Below are positions 1 to 8,096 of a stretch of 20,000 nt of DNA, piece by piece. Each line of letters starts with the position of its first letter. Positions within the stretch are counted from its first letter, which is position 1. Below the pieces are notes generated by a model. It searched no databases, was not told the DNA's origin, and saw nothing but the letters and a program-made list of their open reading frames with translations. The position numbers were made by a program, and so were the translations under genes. Source of the DNA: an uncultured virus (IMG/VR IMGVR_UViG_3300044912_000713) (lineage: Duplodnaviria > Heunggongvirae > Uroviricota > Caudoviricetes); the IMG/VR virus record IMGVR_UViG_3300044912_000713; one strand, written 5' to 3'.

Positions 1-631
1 GAAATTTAATCTTGTAGTCAGACAGCTCGTGGCACAGCTCGAAGGCATATCCCTGGTTCTTCCTCTTCGTGAAGAGCCCGATTATCACCACGTGTTTGTA
101 GTCGGGTTCGAGCCCTAGTCTCTTTCTCGCGGCCATCTTGTCCTGCTGCTTGGCATCGACCGGGTACTCTATTATTTCGAACGGCACATTGAGGTGCTTG
201 TACTTCAAGGCGTTGTAAGGGCTGACGAAAACGAACCTGTCCGGCATGTATCTCTTGCTCCCGGGATTGAAGCTGCTGTCGTGGGTGGTTTCCACAATCG
301 TGTATTCGCGCTCGGGACGGTACACCCACTGCGCCATGTCCTCCGACATGAACATCTCGGGAAACTCCTCGACGCTCACGCAGTCCGGTTTGAAGTCCTC
401 GAATATCCGCTTCAGCTCATCCGTCTTGTTCTGTCCGAGGGTCTTGAACCGGTCCGGTTCGAGAGCCCCGACTATTATGTTTCTCTGCACCACGTAGTTC
501 CATGCCAGCATCGCGTGCTCCACGACCATTACGTCAAACCTGTCCTTCAGCAGCAGCACCTTGTTCGCGGTTACCTGCGGAGCGCCTCCCGTGCTCAGGT
601 GCGGCGTAAATATCAAAAGTCTCTTTTTCAT
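1..631 (-). CDS. Glycosyltransferase family 4 (GT-B), 3' end runs off the window
   Basis: Not in the ORF track. My translation from ATG 631 begins MKKRLLIFTPHLSTGGAPQVTANK and near the edge reads GLFTKRKNQGYAFELCHEL, typical GT4 N-terminal and G-x-x-x-x-x-K-N motifs. ATGA overlap with the GT9 stop. Confidence 0.8.
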   Translation of the reverse strand, partial: MKKRLLIFTPHLSTGGAPQVTANKVLLLKDRFDVMVVEHAMLAWNYVVQRNIIVGALEPDRFKTLGQNKTDELKRIFEDFKPDCVSVEEFPEMFMSEDMAQWVYRPEREYTIVETTHDSSFNPGSKRYMPDRFVFVSPYNALKYKHLNVPFEIIEYPVDAKQQDKMAARKRLGLEPDYKHVVIIGLFTKRKNQGYAFELCHELSDYKIKF

Positions 632-1572
632 AGGTATTCTCTTATTGAGGCATAAACAGAATCAACGGGCGGATGGCACTCCATGGTTGGATAGTTCTCC
701 AGGCACCTTATGAGGGGCGCCACGCCCTGTATGTTTCCCCACTCTTTAATCCCGTGCTTGGCGTCCGACCCGCACTCCAGCGCGCAAGAACCCCTCACGT
801 AGCGGTACTTCCACGTCTGCCCTCCCTTCCTGTAGGGGGCGCGGAACTCCTGCTTAATGTTCGACCCGAGGTGGATTATCGGCGCCTCCGTCGTCCCGGC
901 CAGGTGCAGCAGTCCGCTGTCCATCGTCACGAAGCAGGCGCTCTTCTGTATTATCCACCAGCAGTCCGAGACGCTCGTCTTGTTCATCAGGTTTCTTCCA
1001 AGCGGGATGTCAAAGTTGAAGACGGGCTTCTGTACGTTGAAGAACCCAGTCTCGCTGGAGTCCTTTCCTATCGAGACCACATGGATGCCCTGCTCGTTGA
1101 GTTTCGCCGTCAGCTCCATCCATCGGGAAGCCTCCCACGTCCTTGTCGGCCACGATGACACCGGGTGAATCACCACGTAGGGCTTGTCGGGTATCATGGA
1201 TTCATCGATGGGAAATACGGGCCTGTAATGGCACTCCATCTCGTCTTTCGCGAGCATGAATCCCAGCTGTATTGCGTGAAACTGCCTTATGTCAATCATG
1301 TTGTGCTTGTACTCGATTCCCCGCTCGTTCTTCTTTCCCACGTTGTAGAACGTGTCGTGCACTATGTAGTTCGAAGAGAAGTGGTCCATGTCTACGGACG
1401 ACCTCTTGTAGCTCGCGTCCACGTACGGGTTCTCTTTGAAAATGTCCGGACGCTGGGATATGACTGTCACCCTTTTTCCGTAGTAGTCGTGCAGCTTCTT
1501 AATCGTGGGAGTGGCGCAAATCAGGTCGCCGAGCCCGTTGCACTGCTCGAGGTTTATGGCTATTGGTTTCAT
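628..1572 (-). CDS. Glycosyltransferase family 9 (heptosyltransferase-like)
   Basis: GLGDLICATP, VVIHP...TRTW and FVTMDSGLLHLAG are GT9 motifs. Start moved to ATG 1572, which gives an ATGA overlap with the sulfotransferase stop. Confidence 0.88.
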   Translation of the reverse strand: MKPIAINLEQCNGLGDLICATPTIKKLHDYYGKRVTVISQRPDIFKENPYVDASYKRSSVDMDHFSSNYIVHDTFYNVGKKNERGIEYKHNMIDIRQFHAIQLGFMLAKDEMECHYRPVFPIDESMIPDKPYVVIHPVSSWPTRTWEASRWMELTAKLNEQGIHVVSIGKDSSETGFFNVQKPVFNFDIPLGRNLMNKTSVSDCWWIIQKSACFVTMDSGLLHLAGTTEAPIIHLGSNIKQEFRAPYRKGGQTWKYRYVRGSCALECGSDAKHGIKEWGNIQGVAPLIRCLENYPTMECHPPVDSVYASIREYL

Positions 1573-2396
1573 ATAACGTATTTGAAGTGGTCGAAATACC
1601 ACTTGAACCTGTTTACTATCCACTCGCAGACGTACTGTCCGAGCACGTCCTTTGCATCGGAGGGTCTCATCTCCAGCGTGTTTCTAATAATGTGGTCGCC
1701 GAATCCCATGTGCGGGTTGTCGTCCTCGTGCGTCAGCTGCGGGATGTGGTCGAAGTTGTGCTGGAAGAACGGTATTTCAAGGTAGTTGTATATGCGTGAA
1801 ATCTCCCTGTCGGGATTGAGGCAGAAGTCCTCGTACTTAACGAAAAGTATCTTATGCTCGTCCTTCATCTGAATGACGCTCTCTATGCGCTCCAGCATGA
1901 TGCCGATGGGAACGCCGTTTGCCCACGAGTCTATGCGCTTGTTCACTATGGTGTTCTTCATCTCGGCCCAGTCAATCATGAGGTCCTTGTGCATGTTCTT
2001 CCTGAACTTCTTCTCCATGCTGCAGAAAACGTCCCTGAGGTCTCGAACCATGCAGACTATCTTCGGTTGGTATGGCAGGAACTCCTCAATCCACCTTACG
2101 TACGGCGTCCATGCCCTTCCCTTGTCGATGTAATACTTCTTGTTGGTTATGGAGTTGGCATATCCGTGAATGGCGGAGTTGCAGAATCCGGCGAACGCCT
2201 TTCGCATGGCATCCTGGTCAAGCGCGTGCTTGAACTCTTCGATTGTGGTGAAGTTGTGCCTTGCCCCGTACAGCAAGTCCATCAATCCGCTGGTCGGAGT
2301 AGCGTAGATGTCCGGATTCTGGGCCAATATGTTCTGCAGCAGGGTGCTCCCGCTCCTCGGCATGCTGGACTGGAAGAAGATTCTTTCTACTGCCAT
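1569..2396 (-). CDS. PAPS-dependent sulfotransferase
   Basis: 5'-PSB motif SMPRSGSTLL, 3'-PB motif MVRDLRDVFCS, and VKYEDF. ATG 2396 follows an A-rich leader. Confidence 0.9.
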   Translation of the reverse strand: MAVERIFFQSSMPRSGSTLLQNILAQNPDIYATPTSGLMDLLYGARHNFTTIEEFKHALDQDAMRKAFAGFCNSAIHGYANSITNKKYYIDKGRAWTPYVRWIEEFLPYQPKIVCMVRDLRDVFCSMEKKFRKNMHKDLMIDWAEMKNTIVNKRIDSWANGVPIGIMLERIESVIQMKDEHKILFVKYEDFCLNPDREISRIYNYLEIPFFQHNFDHIPQLTHEDDNPHMGFGDHIIRNTLEMRPSDAKDVLGQYVCEWIVNRFKWYFDHFKYVI

Positions 2397-2400
2397 TTTT

Positions 2401-2436
2401 TTTCGTGAATTTATGGAAATTCTTATATTCACGGAA
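2401..2436. promoter_or_regulatory. Divergent promoter region with an imperfect inverted repeat and two Bacteroidota -7-like boxes
   Basis: 53-bp AT-rich gap between divergent genes. Arms 2401-2413 and 2424-2436 match 11/13 as inverted repeats. They contain TAAATTCA (-) and TATATTCA (+), near the TAnnTTTG consensus. Confidence 0.5.
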
Positions 2437-2449
2437 GTAAATAATTGAC

Positions 2450-2839
2450 ATGAATATATCAATAGGACCGGGCGAGGCGTACGACCGCCTCACGATACTC
2501 GAGATTAAGCTGAGGCGAATCTCCGACCCCGAAAAGCTCAAGAACGTCGACCGGGAATTGACGTCCCTCTCCGCCTCCATACTCAACTATTGCGCCCGGA
2601 CCAACCAGGCGCCACCGCCCGAGCTCGTAGACTCTCTAAGATTCGTCAACGAAAGGCTCTGGAAGGTGGAGGACGAACTCAGGCAGCTGGAGAGCGAAAA
2701 GGCCTTCGGGGACCATTTCGTGAAGCTGGCGAGGCAGGTGTACTACCTCAACGACGAGAGGGCTGAGTTGAAGAAGGAGATAAACTTGAAAATGAATTCG
2801 GAATTCGTAGAAGAGAAGTCATATAAACCGTACAAATGA
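2450..2839 (+). CDS. DUF6165-family protein
   Basis: ISIGPGEAYDRLTILEIK...VNERLWKVEDELR...LARQVYYLNDERAELKKEIN...EEKSY matches the DUF6165 pattern as I recall it, a family often found near glycosyltransferases. Confidence 0.75.
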   Translation: MNISIGPGEAYDRLTILEIKLRRISDPEKLKNVDRELTSLSASILNYCARTNQAPPPELVDSLRFVNERLWKVEDELRQLESEKAFGDHFVKLARQVYYLNDERAELKKEINLKMNSEFVEEKSYKPYK

Positions 2840-3351
2840 TAAAACCGGGAGAGATAACGGTCCTGTTCGGACAGCCGCACAGCGGCAAGAGCACCCTTGC
2901 GTGGGAGCTGAAGAAGGCTTTGATTGAATCGGAGGGAATATCCTATCCCATAGTAGACGGGGACGAGATTAGGGCCATCTTCAAAAACGGCGACTACAGC
3001 CGGGAAGGTAGGATTAGGAACCTGCAGAGAATCAGCGACATAGCCGTCTACCTAGCCCAGCAGCACGAAAGGGTTATTGTGGCTGCGGTTTACCCTTACA
3101 AAGAGGCAAGGGAATACCTCGACTCGCAGATTAAAGACGTGAAATGGATTCACCTGAGCTACGATGGGGTAAGGGGAAGGGAGACCTTCCACGTCAAAGA
3201 CTTCGACCACGTGTTCTATGGTGGAAATACATATTCAATAAATACAAGCAAAAATGGAACAGACGAGTGCTGCCAGAAAATACGCCTTATTCATCGGCCG
3301 CTACCAGACGCTGCACGAAGGGCACAAGTACCTATTCAGAAAGAAGATTGA
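2836..3351 (+). CDS. cysC: Adenylyl-sulfate (APS) kinase
   Basis: P-loop GQPHSGKST plus the CysC signature DGDEIR...YSREGRIRNLQRI. ATGA-coupled to the upstream gene. Confidence 0.85.
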   Translation: MIKPGEITVLFGQPHSGKSTLAWELKKALIESEGISYPIVDGDEIRAIFKNGDYSREGRIRNLQRISDIAVYLAQQHERVIVAAVYPYKEAREYLDSQIKDVKWIHLSYDGVRGRETFHVKDFDHVFYGGNTYSINTSKNGTDECCQKIRLIHRPLPDAARRAQVPIQKED

Positions 3352-3631
3352 CGAGGGAGTGCCGGTCATGGTTGCAATCCGGGACGTGCCGACGGACGAG
3401 AAAAACCCGTATAACCCGACGCAAGTCGTGGACATGTTCTTCCACGACCCCGAAACCTCCAAATGGATATCCGAGTCGATGATGATTGTAACAGTCATCC
3501 CGGACATAGAGGGGGTGTACTACGGCAGGGACGTCGGATACAAGGTGGAGCAGCTCGCGGTTCCGCCGGAAGTGGCGTCAATCTCCGCAACTGCGATAAG
3601 GGAAGAGAAGAGAAAAAGGGGAGAGATATGA
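3254..3631 (+). CDS. HxGH nucleotidyltransferase (cytidylyltransferase-like superfamily)
   Basis: FIGRYQTLHEGH motif and C-terminal ISATAIR motif. Confidence 0.8.
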   Translation: MEQTSAARKYALFIGRYQTLHEGHKYLFRKKIDEGVPVMVAIRDVPTDEKNPYNPTQVVDMFFHDPETSKWISESMMIVTVIPDIEGVYYGRDVGYKVEQLAVPPEVASISATAIREEKRKRGEI

Positions 3632-3852
3632 CAATCGACAAGAAGAGGCACGTCGCAAAGACCATAAGCTACCGGCTCGTAAGCACGGGAATAGGCTTCG
3701 TCATGATGTATTTCGCCACCGGCAGCCTTAAGATAGGCGCCGCTTTCGGCGTTGCGGAGCTGATATACAAGCCCATTCAATACTACCTGCACGAGAGGGT
3801 CTGGTACCGATACATAAAGTACGGACTCAAGAGAGAGAAGGGTCAACGGTAG
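3628..3852 (+). CDS. DUF2061 small membrane protein
   Basis: RHVAKTISYR...YYLHERVW signature. Start set at ATG 3628 (ATGA overlap) rather than 3463. Confidence 0.82.
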   Translation: MTIDKKRHVAKTISYRLVSTGIGFVMMYFATGSLKIGAAFGVAELIYKPIQYYLHERVWYRYIKYGLKREKGQR

Positions 3853-4660
3853 ATATCCTCATGTGCGCGAGGTAGCGGGGAAGTCCCTCTTCAATCGTGT
3901 ATTTCGGGGTCCAGCCGGGCATGAACAGCTCCGGATTGGCCTTCGTGAACTGCTGGTAGTTTTCGGGAATGGAATCGGCTTCGGCGTACTCGTATCTCAA
4001 ACCGAGAATGTCCATCACCTCCTCGAAGCTCCTATCCTGGCCAGAACCCACATCGTAGTACTTTCCACGAATACCTTCGTAGTTTTCAAGCGCGTGCAAG
4101 TTTGCGTCGACGACGTCCTGGATGTAGACGAAGTCCCTGCGGGGTCCTGTCGGAAAAAGCCGGAACGGCTCGCCCCACTTGCACTTCATGTATGCCTGGC
4201 ACGCCACGGAGGCCATCTTTCCCTTGTGGTACTCGTTCTCCCCGTAGACGTTGAAGTATCTGAGCGCGACCTGCCTTCTGCCTATCGCGTACGTCTCCCC
4301 GATGTATTTTGATGCCGCATACAGCGTCTCCGGAAGTCCGGATGACCCGGTTACGGAAGCCGACGAGCTGAAGATGAAGGGTTTGTTATTCGCCTGGCAC
4401 CAGTCGGAAAGAAGCATGGTTGAAAGGACGTTCCTTGTCATAATCATGGGCACGTCGGTACACCTGGTGTCCGCAATTGCGCCGACGTGGAAGATTGCAT
4501 CCGGGTTCAGCTTTTCAACGTACTGTGTTAGCATCTCGTGCCACTTTCCCCGCTCGAAAATCCACTGCTCAATCCCGAGGCAAATCCATCCTTTGGCTTC
4601 TATCGCCCGCTGCAGGGCACCGCCCACGAAGCCCTTGTTTCCCGTTACGCAAATCCTCAT
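3827..4660 (-). CDS. hldD: ADP-L-glycero-D-manno-heptose 6-epimerase-like NAD-dependent epimerase
   Basis: VTGNKGFVG Rossmann motif, YAASK, and the HldD-typical LRYFNVYGENEYHKGKMASV and RRDFVYIQDV. ATG 4660 preferred; TTG 4684 is possible. Confidence 0.85.
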   Translation of the reverse strand: MRICVTGNKGFVGGALQRAIEAKGWICLGIEQWIFERGKWHEMLTQYVEKLNPDAIFHVGAIADTRCTDVPMIMTRNVLSTMLLSDWCQANNKPFIFSSSASVTGSSGLPETLYAASKYIGETYAIGRRQVALRYFNVYGENEYHKGKMASVACQAYMKCKWGEPFRLFPTGPRRDFVYIQDVVDANLHALENYEGIRGKYYDVGSGQDRSFEEVMDILGLRYEYAEADSIPENYQQFTKANPELFMPGWTPKYTIEEGLPRYLAHMRISTVDPSLS

Positions 4661-4671
4661 GTCTTTTAAGG

Positions 4672-4679
4672 CAAATTTA
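4672..4679 (-). promoter_or_regulatory. Bacteroidota-type -7 promoter box TAAATTTG
   Basis: Exact TAnnTTTG match in the short gap, 11 nt upstream of the hldD ATG. Confidence 0.4.
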
Positions 4680-4680
4680 G

Positions 4681-5451
4681 TCAAACCACGCTAACCCCGC
4701 GCTGTGATACTACGGTTCCAGCCAAGTCGTTTGCGTAGTCTATGGCCGCGTAGATTTTTCCAGACCTCATGTAGCTGAAGGCAAGTGCCGCCGTGAAGGT
4801 GTCCCCTGCCCCGCTCACGTCTATGGTGTTAATCGGCTTGCGCGAAGGGTACTTGGTTCCGCCGTGCATTGCCCCGTCCGAGCCAAGCGTCACGACGAAC
4901 TTGGTGGAAAACTTCCTCTTGTGGGTCTGCAGCACGTTCTCTGCGTACTCTTTGCTGTTGAGCTTTATGAAGTCAACGTAATCGAAGATGGAGAGCTCCA
5001 TTTTTTTCTTCGTATCCATGAAGACGGGACATTTTTCCTTCTTCAACCTCGATATCCTCTTCAAATCCTCTATCTGGATGAACCCCTTGTCGTAATCGGA
5101 CACGATTATGCAGTCGGCCTTAGAAATCTTGTCCTTGGCCTCCGGGGTGAATGAAATCCGCTCGAATTCCTCCTCTTCGTCCACGCGAAGGAAGTAGTGA
5201 TTGGTCTTTGAGTCGACGTACCTTGTCTTGACCGAACCCGATGCGGAGAGGATGGCGTCCACGGAATGTGCGTTTCCGTTCTGGAAGGCGATTGAGGCGA
5301 GGTTGTTGAAAACATTCGCAGCCATCCCTTTGTTCTCCCTCCTATAGGAAGGTGTGAAAACGGGTACGGGCGCTTCCGGGGAAAGCCTGTTGGAGTCCCC
5401 GTATACGAACACGTCCGTGCACTGCTCGCCTATGACTAGAAAATTGGCCAT
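4681..5451 (-). CDS. rfaE1: Heptose-7-phosphate kinase (HldA/RfaE domain I, PfkB family)
   Basis: RLSPEAPVPV, GMAANV, KTRY, VSDYDKG and DVSGAGDTF are RfaE kinase motifs. Confidence 0.88.
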   Translation of the reverse strand: MANFLVIGEQCTDVFVYGDSNRLSPEAPVPVFTPSYRRENKGMAANVFNNLASIAFQNGNAHSVDAILSASGSVKTRYVDSKTNHYFLRVDEEEEFERISFTPEAKDKISKADCIIVSDYDKGFIQIEDLKRISRLKKEKCPVFMDTKKKMELSIFDYVDFIKLNSKEYAENVLQTHKRKFSTKFVVTLGSDGAMHGGTKYPSRKPINTIDVSGAGDTFTAALAFSYMRSGKIYAAIDYANDLAGTVVSQRGVSVV

Positions 5452-5816
5452 CAGTTTCCCTTTTTTATCCTGTAGGAGTCGTGGTCGAAGTGCTCCGTTG
5501 ACACTTCGATTATCTCCCCGTCGGTCAAGGCGTGAAGCTGGTGGGGCATACCGGTCGGTATTTCGACCACGTCGCCCGGAACAAGGCTCCTCGTATGCTC
5601 GACTCCCCGCTCCGTGTCAATCCAGTTGAAGATGAACTCCCCCACCCTGACAAACCAGGTCTCCTGCTTCACCATGTGGTAGTGCATCGAGAATCTGCAT
5701 CCGGCGCGAAACTCGAGAATCTTTCCGCAGTACTTATGACAGTTGTGAATGACCAGCTCGCGCCCCCATCCTTTGGGTATCTCGCAGCATTTAGTCAATT
5801 TTGGCTCTTTTCCCAT
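5451..5816 (-). CDS. Cupin, sugar-phosphate isomerase-like
   Basis: KGWGRE...YCGKIL...SMHYHMVKQETW...GMPHQL...EVST cupin metal-binding pattern. Confidence 0.8.
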   Translation of the reverse strand: MGKEPKLTKCCEIPKGWGRELVIHNCHKYCGKILEFRAGCRFSMHYHMVKQETWFVRVGEFIFNWIDTERGVEHTRSLVPGDVVEIPTGMPHQLHALTDGEIIEVSTEHFDHDSYRIKKGN

Positions 5817-6207
5817 TCTTTATCTTTTTTATGGTTTCCGAAGTCGACAATCCCCCTATGCGCTGAAAGAAAGTCACGTTGGCGCAGTGCTCCGCGCCTA
5901 TTATCTTCTTGCCCATGTAGTCGCTGCCGATAACCATCTGCCATGGGCTGAGCTGCCTGATGTAGTCGGACAGCTGGTGGTCCGTATCGAATACGTACAC
6001 TTTTTCAACATACACCAGAGATTCAAGAAGAGACTTCCTGAACTGCTGGTCGTTGACCGGCCTGTCAGAACCCTTGGCCTGGCGAATCCTCGCGTCCGAG
6101 TCGATTCCGACGAATACCATGTCTCCGAGCGTGGAGGCGAACTCAAGAAGCTTGAGGTGGCCCATGTGCAGGACGTCAAAGCATCCGTTTACCCATACTT
6201 TTCTCAT
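5791..6207 (-). CDS. rfaE2: Heptose-1-phosphate adenylyltransferase (HldC/RfaE domain II)
   Basis: VWVNGCFDVLHMGH, VGIDSD..I...KG.DRPVN, GSDY and STS motifs. Clustered with the kinase and epimerase. Confidence 0.85.
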   Translation of the reverse strand: MRKVWVNGCFDVLHMGHLKLLEFASTLGDMVFVGIDSDARIRQAKGSDRPVNDQQFRKSLLESLVYVEKVYVFDTDHQLSDYIRQLSPWQMVIGSDYMGKKIIGAEHCANVTFFQRIGGLSTSETIKKIKNGKRAKID

Positions 6208-6334
6208 AGGAGTATTGTAAAATTTTCACTTAATTGTCCTAGCAACGAATATAAATAATTCCACAAGATATGCAATCTTTTGAAAAATTGTGCACGTAAT
6301 CAAAAAAAACCAGTATTTTCATGTGCAATATATT
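6208..6334. promoter_or_regulatory. AT-rich divergent promoter region
   Basis: 127-bp AT-rich gap between divergent runs, with TATATTCG (-, 6246-6253) and TATTTTCA (+, 6314-6321). Confidence 0.5.
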
Positions 6335-6613
6335 ATGACAGAGATGAGCATCGATACGAGAACAGTCGAGCGCTTGGACGCCATGGAGCGCACGCTCGAA
6401 AGCCTGGTTCACAAGTTGAACAAGCTATATGTGGCGGTTGCAGGGGACGAGACCCTCGACCAGGAAGGATACCTGCAGCGGCTGAAGAAGCTGGAGAAGC
6501 AGGTTCACGAGCATCAAGTCCTAAAATACAAACTCATGGGCGCTTTCGTCGGAGGTGGTGCGATTTGGACCATACTCTGGGAGGCGTTCAAAAAATTAGT
6601 ACTGAAAAGCTAA
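6335..6613 (+). CDS. Small coiled-coil protein with C-terminal TM helix (holin-like or virion membrane protein)
   Basis: Heptad-like segments, then LMGAFVGGGAIWTILW and a basic tail. ATG 6335 or 6344. TAATG coupling to the next gene. Confidence 0.65.
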   Translation: MTEMSIDTRTVERLDAMERTLESLVHKLNKLYVAVAGDETLDQEGYLQRLKKLEKQVHEHQVLKYKLMGAFVGGGAIWTILWEAFKKLVLKS

Positions 6614-7041
6614 TGCCAGTGTTACCATCAGCAACTTCTACGGCTGCAACCGCGGCCACCAGCGCCTCCAAGGCGAGCAGCATCGCTGGAAAGGCAGACG
6701 TCATAGGGGCGGCCGGACAAGTGGGGGCTCTCGCAATCAGCACCATCGGACAGATTAGCGACGCCAACAAGCGCCGCAAGTTCGAGGAAAACTTCTCGAG
6801 GCTGACTTTGGAGCAGCAGAAGGGGCTGGAGATGCTGCTGATAGAATCGAAGTCGAACACGGAGAGGCTGTCAGTGCTAGCGCAGTATCTGACGCAGCTC
6901 AACGCGCAGCGGATATCGAACCTGGCCTCGTACTACGGGGAGAAAGAGAAGAGCGGTAGAAACAAAACATTGATAATTCTCGGTGGAGTCGTGGTGGCCG
7001 GCATACTGGTGACGTATCTGCTCCTGAGAAACAAGAACTGA
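6613..7041 (+). CDS. Tail-anchored membrane protein (paralog A)
   Basis: ATG overlaps the upstream TAA. Ala-rich N-terminus, helical core, TM segment LIILGGVVVAGILVTYLLL, then RNKN. Confidence 0.75.
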   Translation: MPVLPSATSTAATAATSASKASSIAGKADVIGAAGQVGALAISTIGQISDANKRRKFEENFSRLTLEQQKGLEMLLIESKSNTERLSVLAQYLTQLNAQRISNLASYYGEKEKSGRNKTLIILGGVVVAGILVTYLLLRNKN

Positions 7042-7042
7042 C

Positions 7043-7390
7043 ATGCCCATACCAATAATCATAGCGGCGATTGGGGCTGCGGCGAGCGTCGCATCGGCCG
7101 CTTCTGGCGTTGACAAGGCCTCCAAGGAGAGGTATTTCAGCCAGCAGTTGGCCTTCTTGAACCAAGATGAGCAGAACCAGCTAGCAAAAAAATTGGAGGG
7201 GGCGAAGAGCAACGACGAGAGGGTCAGGATACTCACATCCGCGGTCTCATCCGTGGAGGAGGCGAGGCTGAAAGGTCTCACCACTGTCCAGCTCGAAAGG
7301 GAAAAGACCAAGAAGACCCTGCTCGTGGTGGGAATCGCCGGAGCGGTCGTTCTTCTTTTGACTGTTTTAATAGTATCAAAAAGAAATTGA
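7043..7390 (+). CDS. Tail-anchored membrane protein (paralog B)
   Basis: Hydrophobic Ala-rich N-terminus, KSNxER core shared with the previous gene, C-terminal TM, then KRN. Confidence 0.75.
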   Translation: MPIPIIIAAIGAAASVASAASGVDKASKERYFSQQLAFLNQDEQNQLAKKLEGAKSNDERVRILTSAVSSVEEARLKGLTTVQLEREKTKKTLLVVGIAGAVVLLLTVLIVSKRN

Positions 7391-7391
7391 A

Positions 7392-7775
7392 ATGCCAGAA
7401 GTAAACGGTCTAGACACGCTGCAAGACAAGGCGCTGACCCCCGACAAGAAAGACCAGCTGGTAAACCAGATACAGTCGGAGATTGACTCGCTGAATCGCA
7501 TACTTAGGGAGCAGGGTGCTCCCGCCGCGGTTTTGGAGGCAGCCAAGAGGAATAAGAACTCGCTGCAGGGACTTGTCAACAAGATTCTCGCCAAGAAGGG
7601 GGTGATAACGCCGACAGAGACGAACGACGCCCTTGAGGCGATGGCGAAGGCCAAGCGGGAGCGTCTCGAGAGCGACTTCTCGACGACTGTTCGCAGATTT
7701 GCAATTGTGGCTGGACTTCTGATTGGCGGCTATCTGGCCTGGAGGTACGTGAAAAAATTAAACCAGAACGGATGA
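7392..7775 (+). CDS. Tail-anchored helical membrane protein
   Basis: Helical core, TM segment FAIVAGLLIGGYLAW, basic tail. 1-nt gap to the upstream gene. Confidence 0.75.
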   Translation: MPEVNGLDTLQDKALTPDKKDQLVNQIQSEIDSLNRILREQGAPAAVLEAAKRNKNSLQGLVNKILAKKGVITPTETNDALEAMAKAKRERLESDFSTTVRRFAIVAGLLIGGYLAWRYVKKLNQNG

Positions 7776-8095
7776 ATAAGAACTTAAAGACGGCGATATT
7801 GGTCTTCGGGGGCGGAATCGTCCTCTACTGGGCTTTCACCAAAATCAGGCCTTTCGTAAAGACAAAGAAATTGAAGAAGGAAATCGAATCGGGTTCCGCC
7901 GGAAGCGCGGAGAAGGTTAAAAAGGCGGGCGCGGCCCTGAGGGCTTACAACACCGCCAAGAGGGAAGGGCAGCCGAAGGAGTTTCTCGACGAACTGAACC
8001 TCGAGCTCATGAAGGAGTACGGGGTTAAAATCATGACGGACAAGTCTACCGGAAAGACATTCGCGGCCGATTCCGATGGCAACAAAATAGTGTAA
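7772..8095 (+). CDS. N-terminally anchored membrane protein
   Basis: TM segment TAILVFGGGIVLYWAF followed by a Lys-rich soluble part. ATGA overlap. Confidence 0.72.
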   Translation: MNKNLKTAILVFGGGIVLYWAFTKIRPFVKTKKLKKEIESGSAGSAEKVKKAGAALRAYNTAKREGQPKEFLDELNLELMKEYGVKIMTDKSTGKTFAADSDGNKIV

Positions 8096-8096
8096 G

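Noticed and set aside
1..6207. Ordinary bacterial LPS core locus
   Set aside because: No transport, ligase or housekeeping genes are present. The genes are compact and contiguous with viral-type genes sharing the same leader motif and GATC avoidance. A provirus cannot be excluded.
6280..6612. N-terminal extension of the 253-aa track ORF
   Set aside because: It starts at TTG and overlaps the 6335-6613 gene out of frame. TAATG coupling supports a start at 6613.
6335..6613. Definite holin of a lysis cassette
   Set aside because: The topology is compatible, but there is no endolysin or spanin nearby, so it is left as a generic membrane protein.
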